64,000 nucleotides of DNA, taken from positions 8,536 to 72,535 of the forward strand of contig JBFRWN010000077.1 in NCBI GenBank assembly GCA_051439605.1. The letters run 5' to 3'. This stretch comes from Synechococcus sp. (GTDB lineage Bacteria > Cyanobacteriota > Cyanobacteriia > Thermostichales > PCC-7336). Every line of letters begins with the position of its first letter. Position 1 is the first letter of the stretch. The notes beneath the pieces were generated by a model, which saw only the letters and a list, made by a program, of their open reading frames with translations, ran no database searches and was not told the DNA's origin. The position numbers and the translations under genes are program-made. Positions 30,784 to 41,521 of this stretch are shown one piece after another.

Positions 30784-31353
30784 CTATAAATCTCGATAAA
30801 AGATTAAGGCATCAATAAAACACCCATTATCGAGCTGTACGGCATTGGGAATGCAACCAAGTTTGGTAAAGCCCAGTGACTTCCAAATTGCAATTGACGC
30901 ACGATTCGTTGCAAACACTAAGTTGAACATAATCCCCCGGTAGCCCAGTTGCTTGGCTAAGGGCAAAGCCGATGTCCCCATGAACCGACCAATACCTTGT
31001 CCACGGTAGGCGGGCTGCACGATAAATCCCGCATTACAAATGTGGCTTCCGCGCCCAATGAAATTGGGCTTGATGTAAAACGCCCCCAAGATTGAATCAT
31101 CCCCCCGTACCACGTAAGCTCGACCAGCCAACCAGTAAGCAGCAAACTCGCTCTCAGACAGAGGACTCTGTTGGGGGTAGGAGTCTCCTTCCATCACCAC
31201 TAGGTTGAACAAGCTGTAGACAGAGGGGATCTCCTGCTCGCGCATCTCGTTTAACTCAACGGTCAATTGACTCTTGAGCTTGGTTTGCAGAGGCAGTTGT
31301 ATCGTCATCTCCGGGGCTGCGGTAACTGTTATTTGAGTGAGAGCGATCGCCAT
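30784..31353 (-). CDS. GNAT family N-acetyltransferase
   Basis: GRGSHICNAGF, V.PAYRGQGIG acetyl-CoA motif, FNLVFATN. Confidence 0.88.
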   Translation of the reverse strand: MAIALTQITVTAAPEMTIQLPLQTKLKSQLTVELNEMREQEIPSVYSLFNLVVMEGDSYPQQSPLSESEFAAYWLAGRAYVVRGDDSILGAFYIKPNFIGRGSHICNAGFIVQPAYRGQGIGRFMGTSALPLAKQLGYRGIMFNLVFATNRASIAIWKSLGFTKLGCIPNAVQLDNGCFIDALIFYRDL

Positions 31354-31497
31354 AAGTCACAAAGCATTCCAGTATGGACTTCCCAGCAATCGCAAAAGGA
31401 GATTTTTGCGTGCAAGATATCACTCTTACGAAAAAACGACCCAACCGCAGTTGCAGTAGGTCGCTGAAAATCAGCCAAGACAATTGTCTAAGCCCAA

Positions 31498-31577
31498 TGC
31501 GGACGGAGGGACTCGAACCCTCATGGTTGCCCACACGCCCCTCAAGCGTGCGCGTATACCGATTCCGCCACGTCCGC
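31498..31577 (-). tRNA. tRNA-Leu(GAG)
   Basis: GCGGACG acceptor stem, anticodon arm CACGC-TTGAGGG-GCGTG, long variable arm, GGTTCGAGTCC T-arm; CCA not encoded. Confidence 0.95.
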
Positions 31578-31638
31578 AGCAGAAGCAAGCATAACATCGA
31601 AGAGACTGACTTAGCCACCGAACTACTAATATCCTGAA

Positions 31639-31986
31639 ATGGGAGACAATCTTGCTCTATCCCCCAATTTTGAAGACACCATGCAAAACCTGTTTGCCCT
31701 ATCCCTATTCCCTTACCTAGCCTTTTTGTATTTTCTGACCCGTACCCCCTCAACCCCCCGAATCGCCCTCTGGGGGTTTTACCTCCTGCTAGTATTTGTT
31801 GCAATCACCATTCCAGCTGGCATTTATTCCAAAGTTCATTACGGAACTTCACTGGCTAACGTCGATTGGCTGCATGGGGGGGCTGAAAGCTTTTTGACCC
31901 TCTCCAATATCGTAGTGGTGCTGGGGTTTAGGCAAGCGTTAGCAGTCCAGCAAATCCCTCCATCGGACATCGCCAAACCAGACTAA
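31639..31986 (+). CDS. DUF3593 (Ycf49-associated) membrane protein
   Basis: LFALSLFPYLAFL, LANVDWLHGGAESFLTLSN; start may be 31681. Confidence 0.8.
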   Translation: MGDNLALSPNFEDTMQNLFALSLFPYLAFLYFLTRTPSTPRIALWGFYLLLVFVAITIPAGIYSKVHYGTSLANVDWLHGGAESFLTLSNIVVVLGFRQALAVQQIPPSDIAKPD

Positions 31987-32023
31987 ATTTTCGATCGAGG
32001 CTCAATCTGGGAGCAACAAAAGA

Positions 32024-32080
32024 TTTCGATCGCCTAGAAGCATAGGACCGCTCAGCTATCCAGGACCCTAACTTTGCTAG
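32024..32080 (-). repeat. Partial copy of the ~95-bp dispersed repeat (right half), copy D
   Basis: Reverse complement ctagcaaagttagggtcctggatagctgagcggtcctatgcttctaggcgatcg resembles the right half of copy A. Confidence 0.5.
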
Positions 32081-32089
32081 ATGGCGCCT

Positions 32090-32848
32090 TTATAAAGAGC
32101 TAGCGTTGAGGCTATCGGCTTCTCCTTGAGTGAGTGGCAAATGCAGACCGCATTCCTGTTTCAAACCATGGAAACGGGTATCCCGCTCGTTTTCGTTCCC
32201 CTGCTGCGGGCGGCTAGTATGCCAATCGCCCACAGTGGTATAGCCCAGATCGAAGAGGGGGTGATAGGGCAAGTTGTGAGCAGTTAAATATTGGTAAATA
32301 TCTCTGGCGTTCCAGTGCAGGATGGGATGGACTTTGCAGATGTCAGACTGAACTTCAACCCGCTTCAGGGTCTTGCGATGATCGGTTTGGTCAGCCCGCA
32401 ACCCCGCCAGCCAAGCCTGAGCTTTAAGCTCACCTAGCGCCCGCCACATGGGCTCAACTTTGCGAATTTGGTTGTAGCGCTCTAGGGATTCGAGGGTGTT
32501 GTCCTCCCACAGACGCCCGTACAGCGTTTCCATACGGGCGGGACTGATGGGGGACTGGTAAACCTTGATATTGAGTTTGAGAAGCTCGATAAGCTCCTCT
32601 GCAAACTGATAGGTCTCAGGGGGCAAGTATCCGGTATCCACCCAAATCACGGGGATATTGGGCACAATTTGCGTCACGAGGTGGAGCATCACCGCAGCTT
32701 GGATGCCAAAACTGCTGCTCATCACCAGGCGATCGCCAAACTTTTTGACCACCCACTCCACAACTTGTACGGCGGTTGCATCGGATAACTCTTGGTTAGC
32801 CGTATCGAGGTCGATGGAGAACTGGCGTTCGAGGGGCTTCGAAATCAT
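32090..32848 (-). CDS. cysH: Phosphoadenylyl-sulfate (PAPS) reductase
   Basis: SSSFG, DTGYL, RKVEP, GLRADQ, C-terminal ECGLH; ATG 32848. Confidence 0.93.
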   Translation of the reverse strand: MISKPLERQFSIDLDTANQELSDATAVQVVEWVVKKFGDRLVMSSSFGIQAAVMLHLVTQIVPNIPVIWVDTGYLPPETYQFAEELIELLKLNIKVYQSPISPARMETLYGRLWEDNTLESLERYNQIRKVEPMWRALGELKAQAWLAGLRADQTDHRKTLKRVEVQSDICKVHPILHWNARDIYQYLTAHNLPYHPLFDLGYTTVGDWHTSRPQQGNENERDTRFHGLKQECGLHLPLTQGEADSLNASSL

Positions 32849-33138
32849 ATAGGCAGAATTTTTAGCACCGATGCGGCTGTATACAAGATAAGCAAGGTAC
32901 AGCCCCCAACTGTGGAAAGCATCTTCATTTAGGTTACTAGACAAAGCTACAGCCGCGCAGTCGGTTATTCACCCCCGGCCACAATCTCAAACTTTTTTTA
33001 AATGACTTGCCCAAAGCAAATCCCTGCTTCGAGCTGCGGTGGATTCTCTTGGAAGAACTGCTTGACCCCCACAAGCGGGGCAAGTTCTCGCTAGTATTCT
33101 TGGGGTACTTCTATTAATGTCAGTTCACCAGCACCTTT

Positions 33139-34548
33139 ATGACCTCAGAGGAGATCTCGTTTGGCACGGACGGATGGCGCGGCCCCATTGCCAAAACATT
33201 TACGCTGGCCAATGTCCGCAAGGCAACCCGGGCTATTGCCCTCTATCTGGAGGGGGCTTACTCGCGATCGCGCCCGGTGGTAGTGGGATACGACACGAGA
33301 TTTTTGGCCGATCGTTTTGCCTACCATGCAGCCCAAGTTCTAATTTCCCAAGGATGGCGGGTTCTTTTGACCAAGAGCCCTTGCCCCACCCCTGCCATTG
33401 CCTATGCCGCCGCTTTGAGGCAGTCTGCTGGAGCACTGATGTTTACCGCCAGTCACAACCCTGCAACCGATTGCGGCCTGAAATACATCCCGGACTATGC
33501 AGGGCCAGCAACCCAAGACATTACAGACGCCATTACCCGCCACTTGCCAGAGGTTTCCTCTCAACCACTAAAGGCACTGCTAATAGCACCGGAAACCTTC
33601 GATCCCCGTCCTACTTATCTGAATGCGGTTTACTCGCTGGTGGATGTGGAGAGCATTCGGGCAGCCCGCTTGAAAGTAATCTACGATGCTCTATACGGCT
33701 CCTCCCAAGGCTATTTAGATGAGGCGCTCCGCTATTGTGGCTGTCGCTTGAATACGTTGCATAACCGCCGAGATGTCTTATTTGGCGGAGAGATGCCTGA
33801 CCCCAAGCCTCATCAGCTCAAAGCACTGTCTCAGAAGACGATCGCCCAGGGCGCTGATGTGGGGATGGCGAATGACGGCGACGGAGATCGGTTTGGGATT
33901 GTGGACGAACTCGGTCAGTTCGTCCCGGCTAACACCATCATGCTGATTTTGGCTCGTCACCTGCTCAAACATCGTCAGCAAACCGGCGCCATCGTCCGCA
34001 CAGTGGGCAGCACCCATCTGCTCGATCGCCTCGCTAACCGCTACTGTCTCGAGCTTTACGAAACCCCGGTTGGCTTTAAATATATTGGCGAAAAGATGCG
34101 CCAGACCCAAGTCTTGATTGGGGGGGAAGAGTCCGGTGGACTCAGCATCCTCGGTCACATCCCTGAAAAAGACGGCATTCTAGCCAATTTGTTAGTGGCA
34201 GAGGCAATGGCCGTGGCCCAACAACCCCTCAGCCGGATGGCAACGGAGATCCTGGAGGAACTGGGAGGACCGACGTTCAACCACCGCATCGATCTGCAGT
34301 TGACGGAGCAGCGCAAAGGACTCGTTATGCGGACACTACAGAACCGTCCCCCCGAACGGGTAGCAGGCCTATCTGTCGAAAGAGTAGGACTGCTGGATGG
34401 AGTCAAGCTCTATTTAGAGGACGATAGTTGGCTGTTGGTGCGGCCCTCTGGAACAGAGCCGCTACTGCGTATTTCAATGGAAGCCAAATCCCTCGAAAGT
34501 CAAAAGGCTTTGGCGATTGCAATGAGCAAATGGGTGGATGAGATATAA
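33139..34548 (+). CDS. Phosphoglucomutase/phosphomannomutase
   Basis: FGTDGWRG, TASHNP, DGDGDR, GEESGG, RPSGTEP. Confidence 0.92.
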   Translation: MTSEEISFGTDGWRGPIAKTFTLANVRKATRAIALYLEGAYSRSRPVVVGYDTRFLADRFAYHAAQVLISQGWRVLLTKSPCPTPAIAYAAALRQSAGALMFTASHNPATDCGLKYIPDYAGPATQDITDAITRHLPEVSSQPLKALLIAPETFDPRPTYLNAVYSLVDVESIRAARLKVIYDALYGSSQGYLDEALRYCGCRLNTLHNRRDVLFGGEMPDPKPHQLKALSQKTIAQGADVGMANDGDGDRFGIVDELGQFVPANTIMLILARHLLKHRQQTGAIVRTVGSTHLLDRLANRYCLELYETPVGFKYIGEKMRQTQVLIGGEESGGLSILGHIPEKDGILANLLVAEAMAVAQQPLSRMATEILEELGGPTFNHRIDLQLTEQRKGLVMRTLQNRPPERVAGLSVERVGLLDGVKLYLEDDSWLLVRPSGTEPLLRISMEAKSLESQKALAIAMSKWVDEI

Positions 34549-34581
34549 CCACCCCTTTGATATCCAAACTATAGGCCCAGT

Positions 34582-34676
34582 TATCGCTGCCGCCATTTCA
34601 GTTAAAACAGACAGAGCTATGCCTAGACAGGGTTTTAGATACCTGAAGTAGCCTCAGCGACTTGATGGTCGCTATA
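34582..34676 (+). repeat. ~95-bp dispersed intergenic repeat, copy E
   Basis: tatcgctgccgccatttcagttaaaacagacagagctatgcc...acctgaagtagcctcagcgacttgatggtcgctata, 95 bp. Confidence 0.78.
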
Positions 34677-34783
34677 CCCGTCACCCTAATCACCTCACAG
34701 AATGGTTAAAACTTAGTAGGCTGCCAGCAAAGGTGGATCCATCAATCCCGTTAATTCCACAAAGTGAGAAAATATCGAGCTCT

Positions 34784-35494
34784 ATGAAACCGCCCTGCCG
34801 TCTATCATTAGTCGTGCCCACCCTCAATGAAGGTGCCACGATCCAAGCGTTGCTTCGGCAGCTGGTTTCCGTCTTGGATGAGTTCATTCCAGGATCGTAC
34901 GAGCTGTGGGTGGTGGATGATAACAGCACAGACAATACGCAGGAACAAGTGAGGACAGTTCAGTCCCTCTATCCGCAAATCCAACTGTTGCAGCGGCTCA
35001 CAGAAAAGGGATTGGCCTCGGCGGCAATCGCTGGTTGGCACCAGGCCCAGGGGGAAATATTGGGGGTCATAGATGCGGATTTACAGCATCCCCCCAAAAT
35101 CTTGCCATCGCTGCTGCAGGAGATTGATGCGGGTGCCGATCTGGCGATTGCAAGTCGGTATACCGCACGAGGACAGGTGGAGCGCTGGAGTAGATGGAGA
35201 CAGGTAGCATCTAGATTCGCCGCATGGCTAGGGCTGATGATACTGCCGCGTGCGTTGGCTGGCGTGCGAGACCCCATGAGTGGTTTTTTCGTGGTGCGAC
35301 GCTCGGCGATCGCCGACTGTAACCTAAAGCCGATGGGCTACAAAGTACTGCTGGAGATTTTGGTGAAGGGGCACATTCACCGCATCAAAGAGGTCGGTTA
35401 CAGATTCGACATTCGGCAGGGGGGGCGCAGCAAAGTGAGTTGGCAACATGCCATTGTGTATGTAGTGCATCTACTCAGGTTGCGATTTAGCTAA
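34784..35494 (+). CDS. Polyprenol-phosphate mannosyltransferase-like GT2 (Dpm1/Ppm1)
   Basis: PTLNE, VDDNS.D, KGLASA, DADLQHPP, DPMSGFF. Confidence 0.87.
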   Translation: MKPPCRLSLVVPTLNEGATIQALLRQLVSVLDEFIPGSYELWVVDDNSTDNTQEQVRTVQSLYPQIQLLQRLTEKGLASAAIAGWHQAQGEILGVIDADLQHPPKILPSLLQEIDAGADLAIASRYTARGQVERWSRWRQVASRFAAWLGLMILPRALAGVRDPMSGFFVVRRSAIADCNLKPMGYKVLLEILVKGHIHRIKEVGYRFDIRQGGRSKVSWQHAIVYVVHLLRLRFS

Positions 35495-35623
35495 TAACCG
35501 CAGCGAGCCTACCGTATTAGACGGTAGAGACGGAGCAGCCCCAAATAAATGGAACAATCATCTGGATATTCGAGGCCAATTTTCATGGGTTAGTGAGAGC
35601 AACACCACCTATCCGTTTGCCAC

Positions 35624-36115
35624 TTAAAAGGACAGACCCAGCTTAAGACCCAGCAGCGCGTGGGTAAACATAACGGCCAAAGCAGCACTACCCAAATAGG
35701 CATGGGTTTTGCGCAAGCCAGCTCGATCGCTGAAGAACTTAGAGAGCAGAGAGTTGGTGGCCAATAACGCAATCACCACTGACCCCGTCCAAAAATGGGT
35801 GCTCTGCAGGATAGGCTGCTTTTGCATCACAAGAGACAGAATCCCACCGGTGTAGCCAAGGCTGATGAAGCCAAACATCAGCTTAGCAATCAAACTGTGA
35901 TCTTTGAGATTCTTTTGCTTCTGTTCATCATCTTGACTCAAGCGACCCGACCAGCCAGCGTAGGCGGCAGAACTCCCCATCGCAAAGATCACAATGCCCA
36001 TCATCAGAGGGTGACCCCAGTGGGTGATGGGAGCGGGCAGATCGAGGGAGCGGAAATAGGAGGCAATAGGTTCCAGTTTCTGGGCGAGGGCAAGACCCGT
36101 AGTCGTCATATCCAT
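35624..36115 (-). CDS. DUF4079 family membrane protein (cytochrome b561-like)
   Basis: HWGHPLMMGIV, S.HFWTG, HAYLG, HALLGL His-bearing TM helices. Confidence 0.75.
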   Translation of the reverse strand: MDMTTTGLALAQKLEPIASYFRSLDLPAPITHWGHPLMMGIVIFAMGSSAAYAGWSGRLSQDDEQKQKNLKDHSLIAKLMFGFISLGYTGGILSLVMQKQPILQSTHFWTGSVVIALLATNSLLSKFFSDRAGLRKTHAYLGSAALAVMFTHALLGLKLGLSF

Positions 36116-36375
36116 AACAAGTTCGAATGTTGGGAGCGTAGATATAAATATTTATTACAGTAACCTGAAGTCTTCATCACACTTGTATTTCTCGCTGCCA
36201 AGCACGACTTCAGTTCCTGATAGGCGACAGAGCCGCGCTCTCTGGGCTCAGCGCCAAATGGGATGTGCTACTTTTATTTGTTGAATTTCAAGAGGTCGAA
36301 GCGGTCAGTTGGTTACAGCCTATGGACTCAACCCAGCTGGTTTGTCCTTAATTCATGAGGTACGCAGGAGAGCGC

Positions 36376-37353
36376 ATGACCCCCCCTACAATCTCGGTCG
36401 ATCGCCTCACAAAGGTTTACGGCGATTTCAGCGCCATTCAAGATGTCAGCTTCGATGTGCAACCGGGGGAAATCCTCGGGTTTCTCGGCCCCAACGGTGC
36501 CGGTAAAACCACCTCCATGCGCATCCTCACTGGCTATCTACCCGCCACCTCCGGCACCGCTTATATCGCTGGCTATGATGTCACCGAAAACTCGATGGAG
36601 GTGCGCAAGCGTATTGGCTATTTGCCAGAAACGCCCCCCTTGTATCTAGATATGACGGTGGAAACCTACTTGGGGTTTGTGGCGGAAATTAAGCGGGTGC
36701 CGGCAGGCGACCGGATGGCGCGGGTCAATGGGGCTATCCAGCGCTGTAACTTGGCGGAGAAGCGCCACAGCTTGATTCGCAAACTCTCAAAGGGATTCAA
36801 ACAGCGGGTGGGGATTGCCCAAGCCTTGGTGCACGATCCCCCTGTGATCGTGTTGGACGAGCCGACAGTGGGTCTCGACCCCAAGCAAATTATTGACGTC
36901 CGCAACCTGATTAAAGGATTAGCAGGGGAACGCACCATTGTCCTGTCAACCCACATCCTGCCAGAGGTCAGCATGACCTGCGATCGCGTGGTCATTATTA
37001 ATCAGGGTCAGGTAGCGGCCACCGGTACCCCCGCAGAACTCACCCAACAGTTACGGGGCCAGCAACAGCTACAACTGAAGCTGGCGGGCGATCGCGACTC
37101 GATTACCCGCGCCATTGAAGAACTACCCAATCTCAAGCTGGAGAGCTTGGAGGCAGTACCCGCCAGCGACTCCCGTTGGAATCTACTACTGAGTTATCCT
37201 GCAGGCGGCGATATCTGGATACCCCAAGTGGCCTCGCGCTTGGTGTCAGGGGGAATTGACATCTTCGAGATGCGCCAAGCACAGGCGTCTCTGGAGGACA
37301 TCTTCCTACAGCTCACGACCCAAGAAACCGCTGCCAGCAAGGCTGATGAGTGA
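36376..37353 (+). CDS. ABC transporter ATP-binding protein (GldA-like)
   Basis: GPNGAGKTT, LSKGFKQR, LDEPT; AGGAG RBS before ATG 36376. Confidence 0.9.
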   Translation: MTPPTISVDRLTKVYGDFSAIQDVSFDVQPGEILGFLGPNGAGKTTSMRILTGYLPATSGTAYIAGYDVTENSMEVRKRIGYLPETPPLYLDMTVETYLGFVAEIKRVPAGDRMARVNGAIQRCNLAEKRHSLIRKLSKGFKQRVGIAQALVHDPPVIVLDEPTVGLDPKQIIDVRNLIKGLAGERTIVLSTHILPEVSMTCDRVVIINQGQVAATGTPAELTQQLRGQQQLQLKLAGDRDSITRAIEELPNLKLESLEAVPASDSRWNLLLSYPAGGDIWIPQVASRLVSGGIDIFEMRQAQASLEDIFLQLTTQETAASKADE

Positions 37354-37430
37354 GGCACCACTTGAATGTCTTTTGAACAATGGTCCAGTTTTAGACAGAA
37401 TTTACTACTGAAGCAGAGGAGAGTGAGTCG

Positions 37431-38219
37431 ATGGGAAGCGTAATCGCCATTCTGCGAAAAGAATTACGGGGGTACTTTGCCTCTCCTACTGCCTACATCG
37501 TTACCGCAGCTTTTTGGCTGCTGTCAGGCTTTTTTCTGATGGGATCGCTCGTCGATTCAGTTGTCACATCGTTAGAGGTGGATCGGTACGTACAACAGTT
37601 GGGCCAACCGCAGGATTTTGATGCCGGGACTATATTTGTGCAGCAATATCTAGGGGTGCTTGGGATTCTGTTTTTGTTTGTGCTGCCGATGTTGACAATG
37701 GGGTTGTACACCGAAGAGCGCCGCTACGGCACGATGGAGCTTTTGGCTACGTCTCCTTTGACAAACTGGTCGGTAGCAGTGGGGAAATGGCTTGCTTCCA
37801 TGATTTGGTTCATCTCCATGCTAGTGCCCATGATGGTATGCGAGGTTTTGGCGCTGAGTAGCACCGACCCGGGCATGAACTATCTAGCTTGGGCAGTAGC
37901 CCACATCGGTCTCATTTTGGTGGCAGGGGCCATTCTGTCGCTGGGGTTATTTGTTTCGTCACTGACGGAAAATACACTGGTGGCGGCGATTGGTACCTTT
38001 GGGTTGGTCTTATTTTTATGGGTGCTAAATGTTGGAACGGGTCCGGAGGCTGGGGCCATCGGCCGTGCAATAGGACATCTATCGTTGCTGCGCCACTATC
38101 AGGAATGGCTGCGGGGAATCGTCAGCACTAGCAGCTTAGCGTTATTTGCGAGCTTAACAGTGCTGGGTTTGTTCCTAACGGTGCAATCGGTGGAAGTCCT
38201 GCGATGGCGTCAGCATTAG
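37431..38219 (+). CDS. ABC transporter permease (GldF-like)
   Basis: KELRGYFASP.AY, EERRYGTMELL.TSP, VGKW; about six TM helices. Confidence 0.85.
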   Translation: MGSVIAILRKELRGYFASPTAYIVTAAFWLLSGFFLMGSLVDSVVTSLEVDRYVQQLGQPQDFDAGTIFVQQYLGVLGILFLFVLPMLTMGLYTEERRYGTMELLATSPLTNWSVAVGKWLASMIWFISMLVPMMVCEVLALSSTDPGMNYLAWAVAHIGLILVAGAILSLGLFVSSLTENTLVAAIGTFGLVLFLWVLNVGTGPEAGAIGRAIGHLSLLRHYQEWLRGIVSTSSLALFASLTVLGLFLTVQSVEVLRWRQH

Positions 38220-38247
38220 GTCAATTTCGAGACCTCGGCGATCGAGC

Positions 38248-38481
38248 TTACTGTCCAGACTCGGGTACCCATCCAGACCCTGTTTCAAACAAATTTTGGG
38301 CTGCCTCCCAAATCGATTGGGGGGTTAAGTCCAGCAGTACCGACAGCAGAATCAAAATCACCAATACTCCCAATGCCGCAAAGATAGTGGTTTTGACCAC
38401 TTTTACGAGCCAAACGATCGCGATGATCCCAATGACGACCGCCGCCAGCGCCGCTATAGTTTCAACCCCTATCACACCCAC
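38248..38481 (-). CDS. Small two-TM hypothetical membrane protein
   Basis: Two hydrophobic helices separated by KVVK; start uncertain. Confidence 0.5.
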   Translation of the reverse strand: MGVIGVETIAALAAVVIGIIAIVWLVKVVKTTIFAALGVLVILILLSVLLDLTPQSIWEAAQNLFETGSGWVPESGQ

Positions 38482-38617
38482 CAGCCTGCTAAATCACTGA
38501 ATTAATCGCAGCCTACCAAAGATGACATTTTCTAGGGTAGAGAGAGATAAGCAGGGTTCACGGAAAAATACAGGAGACCGTTTCATCAGCTCGAGCCCGC
38601 CAAATGTTGTTGCAAGT

Positions 38618-38651
38618 AAAAAGCGCTCCCTCCGAGATTGGAGGAAGCGCT
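38618..38651 (-). terminator. Intrinsic terminator downstream of psbY
   Basis: AGCGCTCCCTCC-gagatt-GGAGGAAGCGCT stem preceded by an A-run (U-tract on the minus strand). Confidence 0.6.
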
Positions 38652-38698
38652 CGTCCTGCTTGCGTATCGGTAAATTGTCAATGGACCACAAGCAAAAA

Positions 38699-38839
38699 TT
38701 ACTTATCTTGCCAGGGTAAGTTACCTTGTTCGCCAAAGATTTTGGTCTTGCCTGCCTGAACATCCTTGTAGATGTTGTATGCTGCCCAGCCAGCAACCAT
38801 GATAATCGGGGCCAAAACAACCAGTACACGCCAATCCAT
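38699..38839 (-). CDS. psbY: Photosystem II protein Y (46 aa; not in the ORF track)
   Basis: Manual translation MDWRVLVVLAPIIMVAGWAAYNIYKDVQAGKTKIFGEQGNLPWQDK; MDWR..V..P....GWA..NI is the PsbY signature. Confidence 0.88.
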   Translation of the reverse strand: MDWRVLVVLAPIIMVAGWAAYNIYKDVQAGKTKIFGEQGNLPWQDK

Positions 38840-38913
38840 AGTTAACCCTACTTTTATAAAAACATTGCTGTTAGATGGATTGTAATCGATCTCGGCTTGA
38901 GAATGAAGGCTGG

Positions 38914-41376
38914 CTAGACACTCTCTGCAGAGACAAGATTGATGTCTGTGACGGACTCTCCAGCAGCGGTGGATAACAGACGAGCCCCCGTACTGGACCG
39001 ATCTTGGAGGGGAATATTGTCTACCGATATACGCAACACCCGAGCCTTATCCGTCACCCAATTCAGAGTGCCGCCTTCAACCGCAGTCATCGCCCCCACC
39101 AGCCGATCGGATTTGAGCTTGAACTGCATGCCCTGCATTCCAACTTTGCCCCGTTCCATCAACCGTATCGAGCGAGCCATCATCCGCTTCGCATATCCTT
39201 TCGCTGAAACAAACACGATCGAATCCTGAGGTTGCATCAAGGCCATGCCCACCAACCACTCTTTGCGGCGCAGGCGAATGGCCTGATTGCCCATTGCAGT
39301 CCGTCCCATCAGAGGTACTTGCTCGGTATCCAGCGGCAAGCGCAACACCCGTCCTGCCGACGTGGCGATCGCCACACTTTGCTCTGGGCTGGCCGTACAC
39401 AATACTGCCCAGCCAATCGCATCGTCCTCCTTCACCTTCGCCACTGTTAATCCACGGGCCGTAATGGTGGCAAATTCTGACAGCATCACCCGTTTGAGGC
39501 GCCCCTTTTGAGTCAGTAACAGCAAGTGAGCGTTTTCGGGATATTCACTGAGGGCAAAGGTTGCGACGATATCCTCCTGAGTCGGCAACAAAGATACTAG
39601 AGTAGAACCGCGCGATCGCCCGTTAGTGGCGGGAATCTCGTGCACCTTCATGGAGTACATTCGACCCGAAGCGGTAAGAGCCAGAAAATCTTGGTGCAGG
39701 CGGGTGGCTTGCGCCTGAATCACCACATCCTCCACATCCTCCTGCAGCCCCTCTCGAGCCTTGGCATGGCGCTCGAAAGCGGCAGGCAGCAGGCGACGAA
39801 CGTAGCCTTTCTGGGTGATTTGCAAAACCACATCGCTATCGGGTATTAAATCCACTTCTTCAATGGGCTGCGTTTCTTCCGCCACCAGTCGAGTCAACCT
39901 TTCGTCGGCAAACCGCTTTTTCAGGCCGCGCAATTCTTTTTTGAGGTGCTTGAGGAATTTAGCGCGATCGCCCAGCAGTTCCTCCAATTCTGCAATCTTG
40001 GCAATAACCTCCTGCTGTTCGGCAGCAATGCGATCGCGCTCCAGTCCCGTTAATCTCCGCAGCGGCATTGCCAAAATGGTGTCTGCCTGATAGGCCGTAC
40101 AGTCCAATAGCTCCTGCAACTGCATTTTTGCGGTAGCCCCATCAGGAGCATTTCGCAACAGGTCGATTACATCGTCTAGATGGGCTAACGCCAGCAGCTG
40201 AGCCCCCAGTTCCTCAGATTTTTTGCGATAGCGCCCTAAATCTTGCTCGAAGACTTTGGTGCGGGTTTCGATGCGGAAATCGAGGAACACCTGCAATGCC
40301 TCTTTCAGAGAAAGCTGCTTGGGCTCGTTTTCCACCAGTGCCAGCAAAATCGCTCCGTAGTTAATCTGTAACTGGGTGGAGCGATACAAATGCTTGAGCA
40401 CAATATCCGGGCTGGCATCTTTGCGCAATTCAACCACGACGCGGATGCCGGTGCGATCGCTTTCATCCCGCAGATCGGCAATCCCCTCAAGGCGCCCTTG
40501 ATTGGTCAAGTCCGCAACTTTTTCAATCCATGATGCTTTATTCACCTGATAGGGAAATTCTGTCACCACGATGGCAACACGACGATGCCGACCCTTGCCG
40601 TGCTTGATTTCCTCCACGTGAGTAATACCCCGCAGGGGGATCGAGCCGCGGCCGCTGGTGTAGACCTCCCGCAGCCCCTTCGTACCAACAATCTCCCCTC
40701 CCGTAGGAAAGTCAGGAGCGGGCACGTACTTCATCAACTCCGCAGAAGTCAATTCTGGGCGATCGATGAGCGCCAACAGACCATCCACCAGTTCTCCCAG
40801 GTTATGAGGGGGGATTTTTGTCGCCATCCCCACCGCAATCCCATCAGAACCGTTAAGTAACAGCATGGGGAGCTGCGTGGGCAATACCGTGGGCTCCTGT
40901 TGCGATCCATCAAAGTTGGGGGCAAACGGAACAATATTTTCATTCACCTCGGCCAGCATGCCGTCGCTACTGACCTCCGACATGCGGGTTTCGGTGTATC
41001 GCATTGCCGCTGGAGGGTCGGCATCCACCGATCCAAAGTTGCCGTGCCCCTGCAACAGCGGATAGCGGCTGGAAAAGATTTGCACCATCCTCACCAGAGC
41101 GTCATACACCGCCTGATCTCCGTGGGGATGGTACTTACCCAGCACGTCCCCAACAACACGGGCGCATTTTCTAAACGGACGATCGGGGGTTAATCCGAGT
41201 TCGTGCATGGCATACAAAATCCGCCGATGCACCGGTTTGAGTCCGTCGCGGGCATCGGGCAGTGCCCGCCCCACGATCACGCTCATGGCATATTCCAGGT
41301 AGGAACGCTCCATTTCCTCCAGCAGAGAAATCGGTTGAATATTTCCGGCTGCAGGGTCAAAAGTCGCTTCTGTCAT
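38914..41376 (-). CDS. DNA gyrase / topoisomerase IV subunit A (second cyanobacterial paralog, ParC-like)
   Basis: [23 protein letters not shown] catalytic Tyr, C-terminal pinwheel repeats; no QRRGGKG GyrA-box. Confidence 0.9.
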   Translation of the reverse strand: MTEATFDPAAGNIQPISLLEEMERSYLEYAMSVIVGRALPDARDGLKPVHRRILYAMHELGLTPDRPFRKCARVVGDVLGKYHPHGDQAVYDALVRMVQIFSSRYPLLQGHGNFGSVDADPPAAMRYTETRMSEVSSDGMLAEVNENIVPFAPNFDGSQQEPTVLPTQLPMLLLNGSDGIAVGMATKIPPHNLGELVDGLLALIDRPELTSAELMKYVPAPDFPTGGEIVGTKGLREVYTSGRGSIPLRGITHVEEIKHGKGRHRRVAIVVTEFPYQVNKASWIEKVADLTNQGRLEGIADLRDESDRTGIRVVVELRKDASPDIVLKHLYRSTQLQINYGAILLALVENEPKQLSLKEALQVFLDFRIETRTKVFEQDLGRYRKKSEELGAQLLALAHLDDVIDLLRNAPDGATAKMQLQELLDCTAYQADTILAMPLRRLTGLERDRIAAEQQEVIAKIAELEELLGDRAKFLKHLKKELRGLKKRFADERLTRLVAEETQPIEEVDLIPDSDVVLQITQKGYVRRLLPAAFERHAKAREGLQEDVEDVVIQAQATRLHQDFLALTASGRMYSMKVHEIPATNGRSRGSTLVSLLPTQEDIVATFALSEYPENAHLLLLTQKGRLKRVMLSEFATITARGLTVAKVKEDDAIGWAVLCTASPEQSVAIATSAGRVLRLPLDTEQVPLMGRTAMGNQAIRLRRKEWLVGMALMQPQDSIVFVSAKGYAKRMMARSIRLMERGKVGMQGMQFKLKSDRLVGAMTAVEGGTLNWVTDKARVLRISVDNIPLQDRSSTGARLLSTAAGESVTDINLVSAESV

Positions 41377-41521
41377 GGGTTCCGGGCAGTTATCGGCGGT
41401 TCGTTGTTCACCAACTTACCCCAAACTTTTCCGGTGATACGAGTTTATGGAGCACGAGTTCTGCAGATTATCTAGAAATGGAGATCGCCCATCTCCCCAA
41501 AATGAAGTCGGTGGAAGGGTT

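Noticed and set aside
38494..38829. 111-aa minus-strand ORF from the track
   Set aside because: It is an alternative frame over psbY and runs through its terminator.
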